From assembly GCA_951406725.2 (NCBI GenBank), contig OX597815.1, positions 93,558,001-93,622,000 on the forward strand: a stretch of 64,000 nt of DNA, written 5' to 3'. Shown in pieces: positions 54,754 to 64,000 of this stretch. Numbering within the stretch: position 1 is the stretch's first letter; every line of letters begins with the position of its first letter. Origin of the DNA: Octopus vulgaris (lineage: Eukaryota). The notes beneath the pieces are model-generated. The model searched no databases. It was not told where the DNA came from and worked only from the letters and a program-made list of their open reading frames with translations. The translations under genes and the position numbers were made by a program.

Positions 54754-55626
54754 GATTTATTTGAAGCAATATCATGGGATTTGGTAAAGGAAAACTAAAA
54801 TCAAGATGTTAGCTGACAATTAAGGGGGCTGGTCACTAGCAGACCATTGATAATGGAACAGGGGAAATCTTATCATGAAGTACTATAATTAAATATTTTA
54901 AGCAATACTGCTATATTGTATAAAGTTAAAGTTTAGGGTTATTCAGAGGATTATTAAGAAGAAGAATTATAACAAAAGGATAAAATGTTTTAAGAATACT
55001 TTTGAGTATATATCAAACTTTTACCACAATAGAGGAAGGAAAAGAAAATTATCCAGAAATAGTTTAATATTTATACATATCATAAACTTAGATACTAACT
55101 AATCAGATGGTATCAGTGACTATTGATCAATTGGTATATACTGGTATTTAATAAAGGAGTACTGAAGTAAAAGAACACGCTAACTATGAATTAATTTAAT
55201 TATAATCTAAGCAGTTTATTTTAAGTAGTGAATATACCAGTATTGTTATATATAAGCTAAGTATGAATTTATAGAGGTACAAATATTAGATTTATTTTAT
55301 AAATAAATAAATAAATAAAGGCTATTATAAAATAATAAAGAAATAAAATAATCAGGTAGGGCAGAACACCAGAGAAAAGGAATAAAAACGCTTAATATCT
55401 AAAAACATGATAAAGTATATGTAGCTTATTAAGCACAATAGAGAAGATATATAAAAATGTATAATAATTCAAGATATACTATACTAAAAATTATATATTT
55501 ACTTATATAGCTAGTATCAATAAAGACTGATACCTGGAATTAGCTAAGGTTGCATTGTTCAATTAAATGGAGTTGTGTGAAATGATCGTACTGCATTACC
55601 TCTGGATATCCTTGTTGCTTATTTTG

Positions 55627-55674
<48 letters not shown>

Positions 55675-56103
55675 ATGTACACACACACATACATATGTAA
55701 AGGAGATTCTTTTCTAATCTAGGCACAAGGCCCGAAATTTTGGGGAAGGGGGGCAGCCGATGAGATTGACCCCAGTATGTAACTGGTAATTAATTAATCG
55801 ACCCTGAAAGGATGAAAGGTTAAAGTTGACCGCAGTGACTGAGATTGAGATTCAAGAGATTGAGAAGGATATATATATCTTCACTGATAGTTCTTATAAC
55901 TGTCTTGCTACATCTTATAGAAATTCCTTATATACCTATCCTTATATGCACTTTAGAATTAACCTTATTCTAATTATAGGAGGAGCTTCCCTCTCAATTT
56001 TCTGAATTTCATTTTTCACATTTACGTATTTTCAGTGTTAATACTTTACTATGCATATACATAAATATAAATGTTTCCCCAAAAAATTACACTCCATGTT
56101 TGA

Positions 56104-56184
56104 GGCTCTGATGAACCTATAAGGTGATACTCAGCCACTCAGCTATGAGTCCATTGCATCTAACAGTAGAAACAGCTGTAAGCT
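56104..56184 (+). ncRNA. Hammerhead motif in a probable solo PLE pLTR (~55880-56270)
   Basis: ggct-CTGATGA-long insert-GAAAC agct GTA-agct; palindromic stem III ACAGCTGT. Confidence 0.6.
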
Positions 56185-56744
56185 AATGGAATTCATATGG
56201 TAATTATTTATTCCTTTGTCATCTGAATTTCTTATTACAGCACTGTAATCGACTGATGTTTCCTTCAGGAGCATATATATATATATTGTATTCCAACACT
56301 AGGTTATTAGTATTGCAATGCCCGAGCAAAATATTGAAATATATATATACACACAAATACATGCAAATATGCATATGTATGTATATTGGAGTTATAATTA
56401 TTTGGCAAGTCATTTGATCATTTGATGGGAGAGTGTGTGTTGAAACTGAAACAATTACATTAGAGAAGCCATTTAAGAATATATAGCCAAAAATATAATA
56501 TTCATTTTTCATTTATTTCTAAATGGGCTACACTATTAAGAAATAAATGAAAAGTGAATTTTGTGTACTCTAGAATGGCTAAAATAACTCTTCCATGAGA
56601 TAATTGCTTATGTGTATATATATATGTGTATATGGGTGCATGTGGTGTATGTGTGTACATGCATGTGTTTGTGTGCATGTGTACTTATATGCAGATGCAT
56701 ACATACATACCATACACACACACACACATACTCATATATATATA

Positions 56745-56788
<44 letters not shown>

Positions 56789-56988
56789 GAAAGAGAGAGA
56801 GAGAGAGAGGAAGTTTGTTAGAAAGTACTCAAATATTTCTTTAGTTTATCACTCACTATGGTAGAAGACTCACTGGAAAGAAAGTGGAGAAGACTAAGCC
56901 GACCTACCCCTCACACATACATGTTTGTTTGTTTGTGTGTGTGTGTGTGTGTGCCTGCATGTGCATGCATGTGTATATATATATATAT

Positions 56989-57393
56989 AGGCGCAGGAGT
57001 GGCTGTGTGGTAAGTAGCTTGTTTACCAACCACATGGTTCCGGGTTCAGTCCCACTGTGTGGCACCTTGGGCAAGTGTCTTCTACTATAGCCTCGGGTCG
57101 ACCAAAGCCTTGTGAGTGGATTTGGTAGACGGAAACTGAAAGAAGCCCGTCGTATATATGTATATATATGTATGTTTGTGTGTCTGTGTTTGTCCCCCTA
57201 GCATTGCTTGACAACCGATGCTGGTGTGTTTAGGTCCCCGTCACTTAGCGGTTCGGCAAAAGAGACCGATAGAATAAGTACTGGGCTTACAAAGAATAAG
57301 TCCCGGGGTCGAGTTACTCGATTAAAGGCGGTGCTCCAGCATGGCCGCAGTCAAAATGACTGAAACAAGTAAAAAGAGAAAAAGAGAAAGAGA
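56989..57393 (+). mobile_element. CORE-type tRNA-derived SINE, full length
   Basis: A-box-like tggctgtgtggt, B-box-like gggttcagtcc, MIR-core-like ccttgggcaagt and purine-rich tail. Confidence 0.88.
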
Positions 57394-57659
57394 ATATCCA
57401 TCTATCCATCCATTTTCTCCACCCACTATTCCTGGTGGGGTTGTTGGAGTAAAATCCTCAGACACCTCCTCCGTAGGCTCCTATCAAAAGTAACCTCGTT
57501 ACATTTTCTTGCTGGATTCCCAAATGTGACCCAACTGAGACTGTGGATATCATCCAACCATCTCATTCTCAGTCTTGCCAATGCCTTGTTATAATGATGT
57601 GACCTAGTGCAGCCTGTTAAAGCTATTTCAGACTGCTGATAGTTTAGAGATGCCTGTAC

Positions 57660-58930
57660 TTATGCTTGTGACCAAATTTCTAATTACACCTGGGGAGATG
57701 GTTGGAGTTCCTGTGGACTGGAGAAGGAAGTCCCATCCCCAACCTTGAACGTGAAGATACTCAGAAAAAGAAAGATAATCTGGTCCAATTCTCCATTTAA
57801 TCTAGAAGTTTTAACTAACATAGCTAAGAGCTTCATGATACTAATTAAGATTCGTTTCCCTATAACCCACAAATATTATAAACTTTACAATCCCCAAAGT
57901 CTTAAGGTCAGTTATTGCTGCTTAGCCAACATTGCTTCAAACACTGCATGCTACAATTGATGCAAGTATATACCTACACAACCTCCAATCCATACCCCAA
58001 CCTGTAACAGCCAAAATCCTGCCAACTGCCCACCAAGAGGATCTTGCCTTTCAAAGGCTGTAGTCTATAGAGCTACCCTCACACCATCCAATGGTATCAC
58101 AAGATACTATACAGGCATGACAACCAATGACTTTGAGGGAAGTTATGCACAGCATATAAGCTCTTTCAGATGCAGAGATAGAGAAAAATCCACCTCCCTA
58201 TCCTGCTTCATCTGGAGACTTTATGACCATCAGAACAACTTGCCCAAAATTGAATAGAGTAGCATTGACAGAGACCCTACCCCTTACTCACCTGAAAGTC
58301 ACAATTGTCAACTCTGTCTCCACAAAATACTACATTAGCCTGCAGTATCCTTCAGTAGGAAGAATGAACTATCTTATTGCTGCCACCAGAGATACACCTT
58401 AAGGAACTTAAAGCTGCTGGCAGCTGACATTCCAAATATATCACCCTAGGCTTGGTTGCCCTACACACAAGCATAAAAACTGCTGCTGCTAATGTGTTTA
58501 ACCAAGCAGCCACCAAGTGATTAAACCATAACAACACCCCCATCCTACTGTGTATGATATCAAATGCAATGAACTGATGTCACTGAATATGCTATATTGT
58601 AGCTTGCAGACATAGTGATGACAGCTCCCTGCCAACATCCTGGCTGAGCTCATAGGCCTAAGAATAAAGACAAGAACTGATGCTGCTTCCTCAACAACCA
58701 TCATTGATGAGAAGCTTTCTTCTACTATTACATATGTTTAACCTATCTCTCTCTCTGATGACAGCATACTCAGCCTATGAAATCTACACATGACATGATG
58801 TTCCAATAGCTGAGATATTCTAGAAACAGCTGTCAGAGACTAAACCTTTTATTATATAGTTAAATTAAATGTTCTTGTAAATCCTTGCCAAACTGTTTGC
58901 TTTTCTTTTCTGCTTTAATTTATACCTACC
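57660..58930 (+). mobile_element. Penelope-like element 3' relic: GIY-YIG endonuclease and pLTR
   Basis: RKIIWSNSPFNL..LKVSYCC, NCPPRGSCLSKAVVYRATL..YYTGMTTNDF..HISSFR..STSLSCFIW, CQLCL; hammerhead downstream. Confidence 0.85.
58750..58839 (+). ncRNA. Type I hammerhead ribozyme in PLE pLTR
   Basis: tctct-CTGATGA-stem II (ctcagc.tat/atagctgag)-GAAAC agct GTC-agaga; canonical core, 5-bp stem I, palindromic stem III. Confidence 0.75.
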
Positions 58931-59078
58931 AACTCAAGGAAAAGTCACTTCTAGCTGTTTTAGAAAGGGCAGTTTCAAAGTCACAGTTCAAACCAGAGTT
59001 TTAGTGACATACTAAATCAAGCACTCAGAGCACACACCTATTAGTCTGAGTTACCCTAATGAAAACTCTTCATATGTA

Positions 59079-59131
<53 letters not shown>

Positions 59132-59221
59132 CAGATAGATAGATAGATAGACAAACAGACAACAGACAGCTGTGTGTGGGGAGGGTATGTGTGTGTATGC
59201 GTGTGTGTGTGTGTGTGTGTG

Positions 59222-59257
<36 letters not shown>

Positions 59258-59516
59258 CTTTACAGTCTCTTTGCCTTGACATTGTGTGATAGCTGTGACC
59301 AAGTGTCCCAGTAATGCAAGCAGTGTCATTCATTTCCAGTATACTGCAACAGCATGTCTGGGTATGTGGAAATATTACCTTACTTGGAAACAGGTTAGGG
59401 TTGTTGACAGGATGGGCATCTGGCTATAGAAAATTTCCCTCAACAAATTTTGTCTGATCCAATCAAGCATGAAAAAGTGGCCATTAAAATGATATATATA
59501 TATATCATTTTAATGA

Positions 59517-59633
<117 letters not shown>

Positions 59634-60510
59634 TACAGAGTGTAGTGAATAAATAGTTGTCTACATTACACAAAAATTAAATAACACTGACATCTCATTT
59701 TAACAGATATATTTACAAAAATTACTTTAAAATATTTGAAATACTAAAGAGTAAATTTATTCTATAAAATCACCATTGACTTCAACCATGGCCTCCAGAT
59801 GACTTCGGAATATTCTGCAACTCTCCTGGATGGTCTCCTTGTTTAAGTTGGTGAATGCTGTCATAATCCTTGCCTTCAGTTCATCTTTGATGTTACAAGG
59901 AGTTCTGTACCCACACATAAAAAGCAAGGAAGTTGCAGTTTGGGTAATTAGGTGATGTGGTTGCAGAAATTGTCTGATAGCCACGACTGGGTTCTCCTGC
60001 ATGTGTGGCATGGTGCAGAGTCCTGTTACCAGACATAGGGTCTTCCAGCAGCCACCCTCTTGACCCAGGGCAGCATTATCTTCTCCATGCACTTGATGTA
60101 GGGCTTCATGTTGAGTCTGAGGCCATGTGGAAAGATGAATTCAGGAATAATGCTGCCATCACTAGTGATCACTCCTAACATCATGATGTTAACTGGATGT
60201 TTGATTTTTATTCCTTTCAGTACATGTTTTGGGGACATGACAAGCCAACAGTTGTTCTGTGTGTTCACCTTCTGATCTTGGCAGAAATTTTTCTCATCTG
60301 AGAAAACCCAAAGCATGTCTGGTTGGAGGGGATGCTTGAGTTTGTTCAAATGCTTCATAGTGTAGTCTTTCCTCTTGTCCTTGGTGGCTTGGGATACAAA
60401 TTAGCCCGTTCTCATCTTGTATGAGGAATACTGAATGCCTGCATGCACTACCTGCCTGATAAGAAACTCAGACACTCCCATGTCCCTGGTGATGTGCCTG
60501 ACTGACTTTC
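59634..60510 (-). mobile_element. Tc1/mariner (maT/DD37D-like) transposase relic
   Basis: WVFSDEKNFCQDQKVNTQN, GVITSDG, RPYVW*QDSAPCH, DELKARI..FRSHLEAMVEVNGDFIE. Confidence 0.85.
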
Positions 60511-60514
60511 CACC

Positions 60515-60910
60515 TTAGAGCGGCTTTTGGTGAAGGATGGAGTTCGATGTTACTGTCCTCTTTTGAGTTTCTCGCCTAGATATTGGCTCATCTGAGATCT
60601 CTGTGAGCCAGAGGTCAAGTTCACATTTGAAAACGTCTACATCCACTCCATGAAGGCTCCTCAGATGCTTTGGCAGACAATTAAACAGCTGTGGGCCCCT
60701 GAAACCCAAGCTACTGCATTACATCATCCTTGCCCGAGATGAAGCAGTCAGCACAATGGCGACAGCACAGTGACGTCCTGTTCATGGTCTGGTATAGCTC
60801 TTTATTCCAAAGTTTGGTACCAGTCCTTCCAGTATCTTCCATATATATATATCACTGCATACCTCTCCCACCTTCGTTCCAGGGAATAGAGTCGTAGCTC
60901 TTTCAATCTG
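60515..60910 (-). mobile_element. CR1/Jockey-group LINE 3' fragment
   Basis: RLKELRLYSLERRWERY..WKILEGLVPN and GFRGPQLFNCLPKHLR..FKCELDLWL. Confidence 0.75.
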
Positions 60911-61488
60911 TATATATTATTTATACATATATGTATATATATGTGCATGTGTGTGTGTGTGTGTGTGTATATACAGATACATCAAGTATTGACACAAGGA
61001 AAAGCTGACCATGGCAATCATGACCACATGTACAAAATATTAAAGCTACATTTTACCAACTGTACATGGAAACAATGCTTGTACTATTAAATGGGAATTA
61101 TGTCGTTTTAATTCATCTTAGTGGTCATCAGATATAAGCAATTATAATAAACCATTGATTATAAAATATAGTATAAAATGATAATTAAGTTGATATAATT
61201 AATCTTAATAGTCATAATATGTAAAAAAATGTTTGTAAAATATACTATAAAATAGTAATTAAATCAGTTTGACTAATCTTGATGTTTTATGTTTTTAAAA
61301 TATAGTATAAATTAGTAGTTAAGTCAATTAAACTAAATCACATGTAAAATGTTTATCATTAAATAGACTGTGCATCAGCTACTAAGATGCTTTCATTTCT
61401 GTATCACATTTGTTTTGTATTAGAGATCAAAGTTGGTGGTGGCATGGTCAGCATCAGTGTTTCATTTCATAGACATTCAACAAGTTCG

Positions 61489-61527
<39 letters not shown>

Positions 61528-61569
61528 CACACACACACACACACACACACACGCATACAAATACACAGT

Positions 61570-61845
61570 TATGTCCGAGGAGAGTCATTTTCTTTTAGTG
61601 CCTTACAATTTAATACACTCACCAGTAACATTTCCACTCATTTACTTACTTATTTTTCTAAAATTTCTGTTGCTTCTTGCAACCTTTTCAATAGTTGTTG
61701 TACAGACAGAGTCAAAAACTATCGAAAAGGTTGCAAGAAGCAATGAAAGTTTTAGGAAAATAAAAATAAGAAATAAGTGGAAATTTTACCGGTGAGTGTG
61801 TTAAATTATAAGGCACTAAAAGAGAATAACTCTCCCTAGACACAA
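61570..61845. repeat. ~125-bp-arm inverted repeat
   Basis: ttgcttcttgcaaccttttcaatagtt / aactatcgaaaaggttgcaagaagcaa with a ~20-nt spacer; outer arms ttttagtgcctta / taaggcactaaaa. Confidence 0.85.
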
Positions 61846-62484
61846 CAGAATATGCTTCAACACACAAACTCACATAAAGAATTTGCAAACCAAATCCAAA
61901 AATGAAATATAAATACACACACACACACACACATATATATTAAAAGTCAGGGTACAAAATGTACCTGTTTGGTTGAAAGAAGAACAAAATTCTCCAAACC
62001 ATGCATCTCTCACTACATATAACCACACACTAAAAAAGTAGTAAATACATTTAGAAGAACAGTTTTTCCAGTTTGTAAAACTACAAACAGAAGGGTAGAT
62101 ATTCCAGTATCAATTGATTTTGCTTTCTATGTCGAATTGACCCTTAAAGTTCATCAATTCTCTGTTTATATATTGTGAGTAAGGATGAATGGCTGCCATT
62201 TCTAGCAGGCAGGTATCCAGTACTGATGATGGGTGGAGATCCAGAAACAATGGTCTACTGGTCTTGCCAAGCAGGAGGGGAGTGGTTCACGCCCTTACTT
62301 ACAATATATCAAACATAGGTTGTGTGTTGTTAACCAGCTGGAAAAGATCTTTTCCTGGGGTTAAAATGTAGTAACATAATTCTGTATAGAACAGCTATGT
62401 TATAGTCACAAAAAAATATTACTGTCTCATATTCTTACTACATATATTTTGAGATTTTAGAACTCACTACTTTGCTTGTGTGTA

Positions 62485-62520
<36 letters not shown>

Positions 62521-62527
62521 TATGTAT

Positions 62528-64000
62528 ATCATCATCATCATTATCATCATCATCGTTTAACATCTGCTTTCCATGCTAGCATGGGTTGGACGATTTGACT
62601 GAGGGCTGGCAAACCAGATGGTTGCACCAGTCTTCAATCTTGATCTGGCAGAGTTTCTACAGCTGGATGTCTTTCCTAATGCCAACCACTCCGAGAGCGT
62701 AGTGGATGCTTTTACGTGCCACCGGCATGGGGCCAGTCAGGCGGTACTGGCAACGACCTCACTCAAATCTTTTACACATGCCACCGGCACAGGTGCCAGT
62801 AAGGTGATGCTGGTAACGATCACGCTCGAATGATGTCTTTTATGTGCCACGGGCACGGAGGCCAGTTAGCCGCTCTGGCAATGATCTTGCTCGGATGGTA
62901 CTCTTAACACCCTACTAGCACAGGGTTCGAGTGCCAGTAAGGCAACTCTGGTAACGATCACAGTCGAATGGTGCCTTTATGTGCCACTGGCATGGGAGCC
63001 AGTTAGCCGCTCTGTCAACGATCACACTCATATGGTGCTCTTTGCACCCCGCTAGCACGGATGCCAGTCATTAAATTTGATTTTGATTTTGATTTCACTT
63101 GCCTCAACATGTCTTCACAAACAGAGTTTTAGTGTCCAAAGAAGGAAAAGGTATGCATAAGTGGGCTGGTTATGCTCCTGGCATAGGCCACGAGATTATG
63201 GTCTCATTTGGCTTGCTGGGTCTTCTCACGCACAGCATATTTCCAAAAGTCTTGGTCACTAGTCATTTCCTTGGTGAGGCCTAAAGTTTGAAGGTCGTGC
63301 TTCACCACTTCATCCCAGGTCTTCCTAGGTCTACCTCTTCCACAAGGTTCCCTCAGCTGCTAGGGTGTGTCACTTTTTCACACAGCTATCCTCATCCATT
63401 CTCACCACATGACCATGTTCCTCTTGCACACCACATCTGATGCTTCTTAGGTCCAAGGTACTTACACTCTGTCGTGTATGCACACTGACATTACACATCC
63501 ATTGGATCATACTGGCTTCATTCCTTGCGAGCTTACGCATGTCTTCAGCAGTCACAGCCCATGTTTCACTGCCATGTAGCTGGCTGTTTGTACACATGCA
63601 TCATACAGTCTACATTTTACTCTGAGCGAGAGGCCTTTTGTCACCAGCAGAGGTAAGAGCTCTTTGAACTTTGCCCAAGCTATTCTTATTCTAGCAGCTA
63701 CACTTTCAGTGCACCCTCCCCCGCTACTGACTTGGTCACCTAGGTAACAGAAGCTATCAACTACTTCTAGTTTTCCTTCCTGGAATGTGGCGGAAGTTGG
63801 TCTCTGTGTATTTTCAGAGTTTATTGCTCCCGAGCATCTGCCACATACAAAAACTATCTTCCCAGTTAGTCTTCCTTTGGTATTACTGCACCTCTTATGT
63901 GTCCATAGCTTACACTGGGTACATCTTATAGAGTTTCTACCTATGCCTCAACTACAGATCGAGCAGGGCCATCTACCTGAAGGGATTTGTGGTTTCTCAC
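62528..64000 (-). mobile_element. RTE LINE 3' portion (PHD-like finger, RT thumb, C-terminus, repeat-rich 3' UTR, (GAT)n tail)
   Basis: EVVDSFCYLGDQVSSGGGC, LHGSETWAVTAEDMRKL, GHVVRMDEDSCVKK; runs off the window end. Confidence 0.92.

Overview
Eukaryotic, AT- and microsatellite-rich DNA, almost entirely repeat-derived. The SINE/LINE families suggest an octopus (cephalopod) genome, which is an inference. No intact protein-coding gene is visible; nearly all listed ORFs are microsatellite read-throughs or decayed transposon fragments. Recognisable elements are RTE, CR1/Jockey-like and R4/Dong LINE pieces, two tRNA-derived SINE families, mariner, Tc1, maT-like and pogo/Tigger DNA transposon relics, a Helitron helicase scrap and two Penelope-like element (PLE) relics. 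The standout is at 2518-4219, inside a (TA)n tract: 3.9 identical head-to-tail 360-bp monomers followed by a fold-back inverted copy. Each monomer carries a type I hammerhead ribozyme motif with a variant core and a palindromic stem III, so this looks like a recently integrated retrozyme (circular-RNA-templated, non-coding retroelement) with PLE-like insertion geometry. At least seven more hammerhead-like motifs occur in PLE pseudo-LTRs and short (TA)n-embedded elements. A CpG-retaining zone at about 13-18 kb may hold a promoter and a first exon.
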